Below, piece by piece: positions 50,701 to 63,603 of a stretch of DNA of 64,000 bases. The translations under genes and the position numbers were made by a program. Origin of the DNA: Aplysia californica (taxonomy: Eukaryota). How positions within the stretch are numbered: the first letter of the stretch is position 1; each line of letters starts with the position of its first letter. The notes under the pieces are model-generated. The model was not told the DNA's origin. It did not search any database and was given only the letters and a program-made list of their open reading frames with translations. The DNA lies in NCBI RefSeq assembly GCF_000002075.1, contig NW_004798248.1:47685-111684 (forward strand). Reading direction: 5' to 3'.

Positions 50701-53700
50701 AAGGTTTGCTCAGGCCTACGTGGAAATGAAATCGGAACATGTATGCTCGAATTTCGATATATAAATGAAGCTTGCAATGTGTGCAAAGACTTAAGGAAAA
50801 TTGTAACTAGACAAAATGGGGAGAAAGTGTAGGGTAGCCATTATCTTTGTCATGTTGAAATGAAGCTTTCATCAGGGGCTTCAGGCTTACACCAGAACTG
50901 GTACCCAAAAAATACCATACTGAATACTGATTATTGAATACCTTTTTAATTAAATTTTCCTAAGCATGTATAGCATATATATATATATATATATATACAG
51001 TACTGGTATAGTCTACAATTTTTATCAAGGCGTTGTACTCTTAAACTGCTTATGTCATCTATACGTAGTCACGCAAATCAGTCAAACATTAATTAGGATC
51101 AAAGACAATAGTCTGCGCATGCATACTCGGGTAGTCTTGATGATGGTCCCTAAGAATAATTGGCTCATATGTGGTATATCAGACCCAGAGGATGGAATGC
51201 ATGATTCGGCAATGTAACTGTAACTACAAAGTCGGCCTACTCGGTACACATTTGCAGACAGCGTCAGGGGACTCGCTGGGTTGTTGTGGCTGCTGCTGTT
51301 GTTGATCCGGTTTTGAAGTAGTTATTATAATAATAATAATAATAATATTAATAATAATTATTATTATTATTTATAATAATAATAATTACAGATTAAGTGT
51401 ATAAAGCGTATTTCCACTTGTGTAATAGTTCTACGCTGTAGTATACACACACGCGTGTGTGAAAGAAGTACTTGTAGCTATATATTATGCTGTGAACTCA
51501 ACGCGCTCACGTGCATCAAATTTAACACACTGATAAGATATTATCTCTGTAAAAGCCAGGAACAAATCGGTGGTTAAAAAATAAAGCGAAGTACGGCGGA
51601 AGAGCGACCTAGTGATATAATCACTATGATATCAGTTGGCCCTTTATATTATATCTATGTATCGTTACACTATATCAAAGAAAATACTTCATAGTACTTA
51701 GTTTATGGTATGCCTTACGTACATTAAAAACGGCTTTGTTGCGACNNNNNNNNNNNNNNNNNNNNNNNNNNNNNNNNNNNNNNNNNNNNNNNNNNNNNNN
51801 NNNNNNNNNNNNNNNNNNNNNNNNNNNNNNNNNNNNNNNNNNNNNNNNNNNNNNNNNNNNNNNNNNNNNNNNNNNNNNNNNNNNNNNNNNNNNNNNNNNN
51901 NNNNNNNNNNNNNNNNNNNNNNNNNNNNNNNNNNNNNNNNNNNNNNNNNNNNNNNNNNNNNNNNNNNNNNNNNNNNNNNNNNNGAGTCACTCGTGGGTCA
52001 TTTTGAAAATCTTAAATACTATTAGTTTATTTTTACAATACGACGTAGACTAGGCTAGTTTTCAATAAATTTATATAGATTTAAACGGAATTTTTATCGA
52101 CATGGCGAGGGCTTCAGCTCAGCTTCCAGCCTGCCGATTGGTTTTAAAAAAGAAGAAAAAAATACCGGTACTAGATCTACAAATAAAATAAAAATTCAGA
52201 CAGAGCGGTTTTTTTTTTTTTGGGGGGGGGGGTTCTTCATTTTGTTATTTTGGTGGGTGGGGTTGGGGGCGGGGGGGTTGTTTTGTTCTGTTTTCAAATG
52301 TTTTTCATCCGCCTGGACAGACGGTCTGCTTCGCCTGCGATGAAAATTTCACGGACTGGCGATTAGTTTTCAGGATGCTATGAAGTCCATAAAAGCAAGC
52401 ACGTTCGTTTAATGTGCACCGTACGTACAGATCGATGAAATTAAATGGTTAAATTATTCCGGTGACCGCAAGTCCTAAGCACGCTGCTACAAACTCATCT
52501 CCCAAGTTCATTTTCTCTCATTGACGAAATGACCCTCTGGGCCAGGTAATATAGCCCGCGGGCTGTTGTAGTTAGTGGGACTTCTGCTCCTAACCTGATC
52601 CAGGTCAAGTAAACTAGTAAATCTAGCTATCTTTAGTCGTGGGGATGATGACCAACAACGGCCCCTTTAATTTTGTACGTAAAAAGTCGCGACACTTATT
52701 AACGTACGAGGACTTATTATTATTTTTATACTCCTGCCCCGTCCGTGTGTCCACCAAGACATAATATATACATGTACAGTCAAACCTCATTACTCCACCA
52801 CCCTTGGGACGAGCATGCATGAAGCTGGCGGAACAGAAGGGCTAGCGGTTGAACGGGGTTCCTCTGTTGTATAGCCCCTTCTGCCCAACATCAAGGAGCA
52901 TGATTCTGCTGTGCGATCTGTGTTTGAAGGGTGTCTTTTTGTCAGTGATATACATGTATAAGCAAACGNNNNNNNNNNNNNNNNNNNNNNNNNNNNNNNN
53001 NNNNNNNNNNNNNNNNNNNNNNNNNNNNNNNNNNNNNNNNNNNNNNNNNNNNNNNNNNNNNNNNNNNNNNNNNNNNNNNNNNNNNNNNNNNNNNNNNNNN
53101 NNNNNNNNNNNNNNNNNNNNNNNNNNNNNNNNNNNNNNNNNNNNNNNNNNNNNNNNNNNNNNNNNNNNNNNNNNNNNNNNNNNNNNNNNNNNNNNNNNNN
53201 NNNNNNNNNNNNNNNNNNNNNNNNNNNNNNNNNNNNNNNGTTATCCCATGTCTTTCCACTTTTCTGTGCATCGATTTCTGTTATTTTTCTCCGGATTCTA
53301 CGTGGTCTTCCCCTTGATCGTTTACCCTGTGGGTTTCAATCCAACACTTTCCTTATTAGGCAGCTGCTTGACTTCCTGAGAGTAAGTCCAACCCATTGCC
53401 ACCGCCTCTTCCCACCTCATCTCTGACTGGGCTCTGTCTTGTTCTCCTTATATTAATACTTCCTCGTTGGCGCTGGCAGTATGGCGGAGCGAATTTATAT
53501 GACTATATAAGGACTGCACATCTCAGACAGTAATGACGGATGGTGGTGTGAAGGAGCAAAATACTTTGTATATAGGCGCTCCATTTCGTACATTGGCAAA
53601 GCGAGGCTTGCGGTATAACGGGGGGGGGGGGGGGGGGGGGGGGGGGTTTTAAAGAAAATTTTGAAATCTTTTTTTTTATTTTTTTTTGAAAAAGAGTCCC

Positions 53701-55773
53701 CTCCAGAGGGGATTGTGAAGGTGATATTGGGAGTGTGAAGGGGGGTAATTATGGAAAAGATACAATGGGGGGAAACCGCCGCTCTTGTAAAAGCTTAGTA
53801 AGCCAGTGCTCGCCAGACTGGGCAATATCGGTCGACCACTGATAGGCGTTATAACTCTGGTGGGCGGTGGGGGTCACCTGAGTAGTGGCAGGTTTGATAT
53901 ATAATGTCATACTTTTTTGACCCAATCCATGTACGGTACATGTAGCAATTAATGCTGGCCTGGCAATTAAAAGGTCAACCGGCATTGGATTATTATTGAC
54001 CTAAGTCTTTTCTTCTTTTTTTTTTTTTTTACGTGACCTCCCCGGTTCTTTTCCCTTTCCCGGCATCCGGTTGTGAATTAATTTTGTCCCCGATTGATTG
54101 CCTCATGAGAGTTAAATGTATGGGACGAAGAGGAATGTCCTGTCCNNNNNNNNNNNNNNNNNNNNNNNNNNNNNNNNNNNNNNNNNNNNNNNNNNNNNNN
54201 NNNNNNNNNNNNNNNNNNNNNNNNNNNNNNNNNNNNNNNNNNNNNNNNNNNNNNNNNNNNNNNNNNNNNNNNNNNNNNNNNNNNNNNNNNNNNNNNNNNN
54301 NNNNNNNNNNNNNNNNNNNNNNNNNNNNNNNNNNNNNNNNNNNNNNNNNNNNNNNNNNNNNNNNNNNNGAGGGGTTTTAATAATAATAATAATAAATAGC
54401 ATTTGTATAGCGCATATCCCCGCTCAACAGCAGGCTATATGCGCTTTACACTATATTATATTTTATACATTTTATAAATTTGCTTTCGCGCGCTCATGTC
54501 ATAAATGACCTTATGCAGTTGTGAACGCGCTAAAACTTTAATTAAACTAAAACCGAAATAATTGATTTTTCTTCATCCTTCCCTACAGAAGATGAACTCA
54601 CGCACTAATTACGCAAACACGAGGACGTTTGCCAACATTGCTCACGTGCATTCCATTCCAAACCCACGCACGTTACATTCAGTTATAGCCAGTGCACACT
54701 GCTTATCGAATCGAATCAGGTCGAATTGAGTCGGGACCGACCAGATTTTCTTCCATTGAGAGATAAAAACTTCCATAGTAGCACAGTTCGACTGAACTGG
54801 AACGTGACCTTTTAAAACAAATCGTGCGTTCATTTTGCATGGTAGCGAGCCGAACGATCAGGCATTTTGTAAAAGTGCGCGAGCAAAGCGGTTATGGACA
54901 CTGTATGTTTGGGGAAGTTGATTCTGACATATTTGGAAAACAATCGACATCTATCATGTCTGCAGGATTCAAGAACCTCTTAACACAACAAAATGTGATA
55001 TGCAGCAGCCAGCACTCGAAGCCATCGTGGATGGAAATGGCAGTGTAGTAGTGAATGGTAAGTTTGGTGCTCAATTTACCGTACAACGGTCAAATGTCAA
55101 ACCTGGCGCAAACAAGGGAAAGGTCAACATGTGCAGTGTGCACTGAAACCGTTATTAATCGACCCGACACGCCCCGATCTGATCCGTAATGTGGGCATCC
55201 GGTAGGCCTGTTTGACCGTGCGTGCCAAAGCGAGAAATTCTCCACTCCTTATTCTAAAAAACCCAACATAGATCTATTTATAGAGGCCCCAAGGGTTAAC
55301 GGGTTAGCCGTTGTTTAAAAAAAAAAACCCACCGCGTTACAGGTTTTTACAATTTAAAAAACCCATTCTTTCTCCTTTTGCCTTTTCAATTTGTCTGTTA
55401 CATTCCTTTGGTGACACCGGTATTTTACTTTCACTGCCGTCTAGAGTGCTCGGGTATTGTATAGCACTTCTCTTATTTATTCTTGCTTTACATACATTTC
55501 GACTTATATCCGTCACAATTTAAATTACAAGATTTCGAAATTTGATATTGTGTCTCGAAATGTCCCTCGTGTGAGCTTACTTGCTCCCCTTGAAAGTCCA
55601 CACCCTAACAATAGGCCACAAGCACCGAAGAAGTCGCTTTGTCTCCCCGTGACCGGGTCCACAGACTTAATTAACTCCCTAGACACCCAATTAAATAAAC
55701 AGGCCACCGGTCCACATCGCTAATACCGCACCAACCCGCGAGGAGAAGACGAAAGTGGATCACATTATTATAT

Positions 55774-56552
55774 CGAAGTGACTATTTCTCCGAACGTTCG
55801 GAGAAATAGTGCCCATCTTTATTTCTCCGAACGGTTTCCGGCTTCCGGTCTCGTGATGTTTTGCCTATTTATTGCGAGAGTTCGGCGCCAACTTTCATTC
55901 TGCATCTGGTCTGGGGGAAGGAACACCGCATGGAAAGCCCGCCTACAGACAACCTTCAGTAAAACCCACCACACACCCACCACCATCATGCACATGTACA
56001 CACACAAACTTATACACACACTAACTAAACAAACACGACCAATGGACAACTTTTGAACGTATGACGAGCTGAGCTGTGGATGGAGAGACAGTGTGAGTGA
56101 AAGAGCGGGTTAAAGGAAGAATGTGCAAGTGTATCCACACCCGACAGCAACTACAAGACGACGACACCGACCCCCCCTGGCCTGGTCCACAGCTCACGAA
56201 CGAAAATAATGCAGCTTAGGCAGTGTTTTGCCTATATTATTGTCCATGGTTCGCAGGGTGCAAGGGAATGAGTGAGATTTTCTTTGTGTATGCCTGGAGG
56301 GAGGGGGTGGGGTGTGAAAGCCATGCGGACGGGGATGAGCCGCGGGAGAGAACACGGGAATTGAATGAATGAGTGAAACTGAAAAAGATGAACGACTCGT
56401 GAGCCCTAGAGTGAATGGATCCTGTGTTTCTATTTGTGTATACTTTGAACTGTTACTGAATGAAGGCTGAAATAAAGCCCGAAAAACAAACACACACACA
56501 CTCACTCTCCACTTACACACTTACTATCACACACAGACACACTCACACACGC

Positions 56553-56613
<61 letters not shown>

Positions 56614-57365
56614 AGCAAATTTTTGGGTCTATATTTATTTCAATTTTCAAGAGCTAGTCTAGAGATTTTTAGATGAGTGTAAAAACGTGAAAAAGAAATG
56701 TTTCACAACAGAATGAAATCAAAATTAGAACAGCCCATGATAAACAACAAACATTAACAAATAAGGGCGTGTGTCCACCTGTCCGAAGAAGATTGGCTGT
56801 TTTAACCCTAAATGTGAGTAATTTTTTTTTTTAAAGGAGAGGATATTACATGTAAATTATGGAATCACACACCTTAAGGGGCCTGCCAGTGTCGGTACAT
56901 TATTGGTCGTGGCAGTGACCACCGCAGATGCCAGTTCTAATAGTTCTATGTGTCGTTATCAATAACCCTCCGTAGATCTAGATCTAGATCTAGACAGCAC
57001 ACGAGTGAACACAACACATTACGTTTAAGAGCAGCACCCTTCATAGGCAACTCGTCATATCTGTAGCGAAAAACTGTTTGGAATTGTAGCATTCTTTATA
57101 TAAATATTTACTGCGGACATTTTTTGGACCGCTTGAACCATATTGTATACGAACAATCTTTGGTAGGCCTATACTATAATTATAGATCTATATAATATCC
57201 GAAATTTGCGGGAAAGGATGTGATTTCAGAGTGTTCGGAGAAATAGTGCCCAGCTTTATTTTCCCGAACGTTCGGAGAAATAGTGCCTAGCTTTATTTTC
57301 CCGAACGTTCGGAGAAATAGTGCCTAGCTTTATTTTCCCGAACGTTCGGAGAAATAGTGCCGGCC
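55774..57365. mobile_element. Mutator/Foldback-like element with tandem sub-terminal repeats
   Basis: 9-bp direct repeat TTATTATAT at 55765-55773 and 57366-57374; inverted ACTATTTCTCCGAAC termini. Confidence 0.65.
57233..57361. repeat. 37-bp tandem repeat, 3.5 copies
   Basis: Unit GTTCGGAGAAATAGTGCCYAGCTTTATTTTCCCGAAC. Confidence 0.95.
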
Positions 57366-58641
57366 TTATTATATTTCAATCAGTCAAGTATAAGTCTTTC
57401 GTTTAGATGCTAAATTTGCACCAGGATTAATCTCTACAATGTTGATAGATTTAGTTCATAATAAGGTCCGCTTTTAGTTCTATATATTAATTTTCCTTTC
57501 TTTGAAATTTGAATTCCCGTTGCCGTACCAATTTCTCATTAGAGACAGTCTGTGTACTTCCGCGTCGGAAGCATAGATTTATCGATGTGCTCCTAAATAG
57601 TTTACAATCATGGCCACCGCTCTTTGCTCTTGATCTATAAACAAATCTGCGACATGTCATTGTGCGCACAGTGGGCCACATTCTTACTTCTTACATCCAA
57701 ATGAAGGCCAAAAGTATTTTGTTTCTTGGAAAGTAAGCCATCTTTTATATCAACTGTTGATATTCTTTATTCTGCACCGTTATAACCCTGGTCTCATTAC
57801 AGCCAAAGTGCACCAAACATCCCCCCCCCCCCCAAAAAACAAAAAAAAACCCCCAAAAAATATATATATAAAAGAAAGAAAGAAAAATAAATTAATAAAA
57901 AAAAAAACCAACCAATTAACCAATAAAATAAAATAAAGTTAAATTATTTTTTAAAATTTTATGCCCTTCTTTTGGCTTTAAGTGCATCCTGTGGTGAACC
58001 AGAAATACGTCAGAGTTTATAATCTAGATATTAATATAAAACAAGTCTATGGTCGGAAGTAAATTTCCGACTCAATCTCTGCAAAATGAAAAGGATCAGA
58101 CGAAACGAAATGTGCCTTTGTCATGTCAGCTCGGTCCAGGTTTTTAAAATTACCCTCTACTTCTTCCTGGTTTATTTTGTACACGAACATGTTTTTGTTC
58201 AATGAAGTATAAACAAACCTCAAAACTCACCAAGTTGTTTTTATGAACGATTGGATATCACGGAAGTAGATTCTAAATCAATTTGTTTTCAGTCTTGTTT
58301 TTATTTCCTGATCATGAATTAGGAATGATCGTCTTTCACGTTTAGGGCACACAAAACAAGATGATTAGATAAAAAGTAAGATTCTGATACCATTCTCTCT
58401 GTGTCGTTCTGCTAGCAACAAACTATCCATGTCAAACGGAAGGTAGATCTATAGATCTAGATATCTAGGTCTATGGATACTACCGTCCCCTGTTCTATTG
58501 TAATTGGTTTAATCTCAGTTTCTCTATTTTAGTACAGCATGTTCTTTCTCACAGTCTTGTTCATTTCATAAAAGCTTTTGAGAACCTTGACTTACTTTGA
58601 GACTGAGATGAGATGACCAACTTGAGGCACCTTGGCCTTGC

Positions 58642-58952
58642 GGCGCTTTTTCGGTAGTTCCCACCCCACAATTTTGTTAACGGGTTTGGGCCACAAGAGT
58701 AGGGGGGTTTCAGGGGGGCTTGCCCCCCTGACCTAATAAAAATAGGAAGGGGGGTTTCAGGGGGGGCATGCCCCCCTGAATTTTACCATAATTTAATATT
58801 TTGCTTTGCAGTTGTTAGGTTTGATATCTTAGCTCACCGCGAATCAAACGTATAGATCTAGAGATCTAGATCTAGAGATCTAGATCTAGATCTAGATATC
58901 TAGATGTAGGTCAGGCTTAAATAAGGGGGGTGGGAACTACCGAAAAAGCACC
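58642..58952. mobile_element. 311-bp MITE with GG termini and 8-bp TSD (Merlin-like)
   Basis: TIR GGYGCTTTTTCGGTAGTTCCCACCCC; TSD GGCCTTGC at 58634-58641 and 58953-58960. Confidence 0.85.
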
Positions 58953-60089
58953 GGCCTTGCTGCCTTGCTTGTTGATTTCTTTCTTTACATGGTAATTTTA
59001 CAGTTTAGAGATAGATCTATAGTTCTAGATTAAGATTCTAGATATCTAGATAATCTATATTATAGACTATTCATGATGAGAAAAGTTTGACCGGAAAAAA
59101 TTATGTTCTTGTCCAACAGGATGTGTGCTCCATAGGGCATAAGGACTTTGACTTTTTTTTTTTTAAACTCCCAAAAACTCTGCTCTCAGTCAGTAGTAGA
59201 TGCGATTAAATTTTAAGCGTAGAATGACGCAAACTATTTTTAGGTGAGACGGCCATCTTGTTTGACGTAACATCAGGATACTTCTCGACCTCTGATCACG
59301 TTACTACATCTAAATATAGCCAACCGCATGGCACCAGAGATAGAAGTGTCTATGATATATATATATATATATATCAAGCTTAATCTACCTCTTGCTGTTG
59401 AAACTTCTGATGGCCGAATGGACAGCGTGCCTGCGTTTGAAGTTCATGCAATTATTTTATGAGCATGGGATCGAATCCCGGTCCCGGAATGTTTTTGTTT
59501 TTTTTAATATCTATCTGCCTCTTCCTCCTGACTGACCAACAGTTTGTCCCATAAATTATAATTTGTTTGCTTTGTAGTTTAAAAAAAATGTAGACCTATA
59601 TAAATTAGTGATGAAGCATGCAGGAGGGGGGGGGGGGTACATCTAATCCTCCAGCATCTTTACGGCAGTTTTTGTGCGGTTTAGGGCCTAGATCTATTGT
59701 CTTTGCGTTTACCGTGTTTCAATTTCAAGCATCAGCGTTCTTAATCTTACTGTTCTGAGCATCAACGATCTAGATCTAGATCTAAGCGATCTTCCATCAT
59801 GTCCAAGTACTAGGAATTCCGAAATGTTATTAACATACCGAAAACACGTCAGTCCATGTGGTACCATGCTTCTTAAAATAGTCTGGGTATCCGAGGAAGT
59901 GATGACATCACATTACTAAAATTAGCAGCTAATCAGGAAGATGGGCGTTCTACGTTAAACGGCTTGTGTAGTATATGATATATGATGAACTTCTATTATT
60001 TAAGAATACTAAATTCTAATAGCAGAATATTGAATAAATCTATATTATATTATAACTATTAGGCTATATTTGAATACGTAGAGACTTCA

Positions 60090-60332
60090 AGTAAAGTGAA
60101 GTGAGTACCCAATATCATTATATAAATTAGATTTTAAACTTTACTCATAACTGTCACTTTTACTTTTACACAGCTGCAAGGAAATTTTGTAAAAGCCCAC
60201 ACCTAGCCTGGATGTTCTGCAACTTCCTTTTTTGGACTTGTGTGTGTAGTAAGTTGCTATTGATATCCTGACTTCCTACTGTGGCCCTTGGCTGCTGGAG
60301 AAAGTGACGTCTTGAAGTTTAAAAGGGTAAGT
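60090..60332 (+). promoter_or_regulatory. Putative promoter and non-coding first exon of the Tec-family gene
   Basis: TATAAA at 60121, Inr-like TCACTTT at 60154, two ACTTCCT motifs, donor GTAAGT at 60327. Confidence 0.35.
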
Positions 60333-60586
60333 GAGTCATCTGGCTTTTACAGTTTATAATGTATAAGGATTTGATTGTGTGAGTCTGTATTATGATAATA
60401 CTGGTGTAAGTCACGCTTTGGCATTCATGTTGGTGCTATAAAAAAACGTAAAGTACTACCCCAGGTGGTTTTAAGCATCATAATGATCTCAGTTTATTTC
60501 CTGTTTCATCATGGTCCCGTAACATTACTGCAGTGAGACAGTAACATTAACTGTATTTTTTTAGTGAGACAGTAACATTAACTGTA

Positions 60587-62039
60587 CAGAGATGCCAACC
60601 AGTACGATTTTACATATTTTAGTTCAATTTTTTTGCAGAAAATACGCGAATACGACTTTTCATGAAAAAATACACCTGGAATCCGAACAATACAAGATTC
60701 AGCTGGGGCGAGTAATCCTAATAAATTCTCAAGTTCCATCTTTTGTCAAAATAGTTTCAGTATCGCGGAACTGGAATATTTGAAAACCAAGTCTGATAAG
60801 GTCAGTAAGTTCAATTTTGCCGGTTGCGATTGTGATATCTTATTGGTTCAGCTTTTCCCCGTCCGAGAGTACGTTTCACTTTCACGCGGACAGGCGGGTA
60901 TGGCGGCAGGCGGAAGTGTTGACACCGAGGCTCTATCAGGAAAATGTAGATCTACTTTCGCTTTCGTTACCACCCAGAAGTTTGCCAGCAGTTGTCTGAT
61001 AACGCAACATTTGTGACATGCAGGTTGTGCAGTATAAACGCTGTGTCGCCGTGCAAATAAAATTTAATCATTACTCTGACTCGTCTCTGTGCTGTCACTT
61101 GTGGGAAAAAAAGAAAAGAAAATGCAAGCGCTGTCCGATTTTTAGATTGTCTGGCTCGCCATCTTGACCAGTCAGTGACCCTGGGCGCATTCGCATCATA
61201 AAAATCAGGCATCATGTGAGCAAAGACCGTCTTTGGTGGGAGTAACGGCGTGGCGAAGTATAGGACTACAGAATACATTATTGAATTTTTTTTAAAGATG
61301 CACTGGGGGACGGGGGTGAAGGCAACACCAGCGGACAAAAACTTGGACGCAATTTCAGTATTTTGATTAGAGCTCTCTGCAAAGCGCGCGTTGGTGCAGG
61401 CCGTGTGCGGAATCGGGACCCTTCATACTTGGCAAGTCTGTGTTATTAAAGTGTTCGCGTTTCATTGGATGGGTGATAGTAAATTATACCTACAGTGTAT
61501 GTTGTAGCTTTTTGTTCAAGACTGGCAGATTTTCTGTGTCACTGCATCTTGCCCTCTCACAGTTGTTACAACTCTCACAGTGCATGGGTCTACTTGAGCC
61601 ATTCAAGTTATTGCTCTTCTCTGAGTTTGAGCAAAAATTTTAGTCTGTCAGTTCACAACATGAATCATGACACCAGACTGGTTCTTGATAGTCGAAATTC
61701 TTATTCTAGTCCATTCCGAAAGCTCAAAGCAGGATTAATTTTTTATATATAATAATGAGACGAAAATATTATAATAGACTGAAATACTTAAGTTAAACAA
61801 GACCCCAGTACGACACTGAACACTGACATGTCTTTGACTGGATACATGTACATTGTACATGTGTGTGCTCCCTTTTTTGAGCTGGTGAACTAGTAATTTT
61901 TTTTCAGGAAATATGGCGTGACACTTTGAACATTTTACTAGTTGGTCGGTCGGTTGTGGGGAATACACATTTTCCCCCGAAAATACACATTTTCTTATTT
62001 TCCAATACTCATTTAGGTTTTCTGTGGTTGGCATCTCTG
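60587..62039. mobile_element. 1453-bp non-autonomous DNA transposon (hAT-like termini, 6-bp TSD)
   Basis: TIRs CAGAGATGCCAACC and GGTTGGCATCTCTG; ACTGTA on both flanks. Confidence 0.85.
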
Positions 62040-62425
62040 ACTGTAGTGAAACATCAACACAACTGTAGTGAGACAGTAACATTAACTGTAGTGAAACAGT
62101 AACACAACTGTAGTGAGACTGTAACACAACTGTAGTGAAACAGTAACACAACTGTAGTGAGACAGTAACATTAACTGTAGTGAAACCGTAACACAACTGT
62201 AGTGAGACAGTAACATTAACTGTAGTGAAACAGTAACACAACTGTAGTGAAACAGTAACACAACTGTAGTGAAACAGTAACACAACTGTAGTGAGACTGT
62301 AACATTAACTGTAGTGAAACAGTAACACAACTGTAGTGAGACTGTAACATTAACTGTAGTGAAACAGTAACACAACTGTAGTGAAACAGTAACACAACTG
62401 TAGTGAGACAGTAACATTAACTGCA
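62040..62425. repeat. 22/23-bp minisatellite (roughly 17 units), with outlying units at 60520-60586 and 62555-62645
   Basis: ACTGTAGTGAAACAGTAACACA and ACTGTAGTGAGACAGTAACATTA. Confidence 0.95.
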
Positions 62426-62821
62426 TAGTATAGAAGTGGAACCAAATTGGAGAAGAAGAAAAATTAATTAATCCACAGACAGGACAAAGAGGCTAAAACA
62501 GCATCTGGACATGGTTAGCTGGTGCCTCTATAAATAAATTATTGTAAGTCTAGGACAGTAACATTAACTCTAGTGAGACAGTAACATTAACTCTAGTGAG
62601 ACAGCAACATTAACTGTATGTAGTGAAACAGTAACATTAACTGTACTAAGGACTTTTTGTTGCAGACCTCCTAAATTATATATTGATATATGTCAAATAT
62701 CATTAACAAAAGTAATAATTTAGTTGTTCTTAAAGTTGAGAATTAATTAGTGCCTAAGTTTTTGGGAACAGTAGTCATAATTTAATGTGCTCATCTGGTT
62801 ATAGCTTTCTTCAAAACTATA

Positions 62822-63603
62822 CAGTGGATGTCGCATTCAATGAGGTTGCTGGGACCGGCTTATTGTCTTCGTTGGATCCGACCTCTCGTTGAACGTGACA
62901 AATGCTAAAGAAAAGAAAGGAGACAAGTTATTATAATACACGATGTACCAATACCAGTAATTAAAACAGTTGTTCCCCCTGATGACGAAATCTCAAACAG
63001 CGTCTGTGTGCGCATGTTTCAGCTGCGTTCTGACCGTCATTTCTGATTAAATTTTTTTTTACGTAACACTTCTCGTGTGGAAACATACCCTCTCACATTT
63101 AGGCTTACATCTTCTTAAAGTAAAGACGGGAGCTTGGATTTTCTGATCAGGGAAGAAAAGAAAATTGAAAAAAAAATGAAGGTCTCGGTCTAGACCTACC
63201 ATCCTGAGTTCATCCAGTTTCACACACCCCACATCGCTTTCCCAACCGCCACACACCCTCCTCCCATTCCTACCGTAGGCTAACCCTCGCCCGTCCTCTT
63301 GACTTTGGAGCCCATATCCTTAGGCACTCTAGATCTAGCAATAGAATGTGTTAGGAATCGAGGATGGGCCTTCTGCTTCGCGTGAGAAGGAGAGAAAGGA
63401 GAAAAATTCTTCGCTTTTGAGGCCGCTAATTGCTTTTATTTGGTTATCAGGACCTTGTTGAAAGCAACTTCGGTCTGTTTGCAACCTCGTTGGAGCTGAC
63501 GTACATTTACAAAGAGATATAGAGGAAAAATCGGGGATTAAGAATGGCCTCGTTGGAGCCGACTTCTCGTTGAATGTGACCTCGTTGAAATCGACACCCA
63601 CTG
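62822..63603. mobile_element. Tc1/mariner (pogo-like) non-autonomous element
   Basis: TA flanks; TIRs CAGTGGATGTCGCATTCAATGAGGT and ACCTCGTTGAAATCGACACCCACTG. Confidence 0.8.

Noticed and set aside
53620-53646. Long poly-G run as a functional G-quadruplex
   Set aside because: Homopolymer length is unreliable in a gapped assembly and there is no supporting context
57233-57361. 37-bp partly palindromic repeats resembling CRISPR repeats
   Set aside because: Units are directly adjacent with no spacers, there are no cas genes, and the context is eukaryotic; they fit transposon sub-terminal repeats
59409-59490. Possible tRNA genes here and at 3868-3935 and 39188-39255
   Set aside because: A/B boxes are present but I could not fold a proper cloverleaf or acceptor stem; better read as SINE-type heads
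62040-62425. Repeat array and overlapping ORFs 61735-62283 and 62082-62426 (one with CxxC)
   Set aside because: Minisatellite read-through with no unique spacers and no recognisable domain
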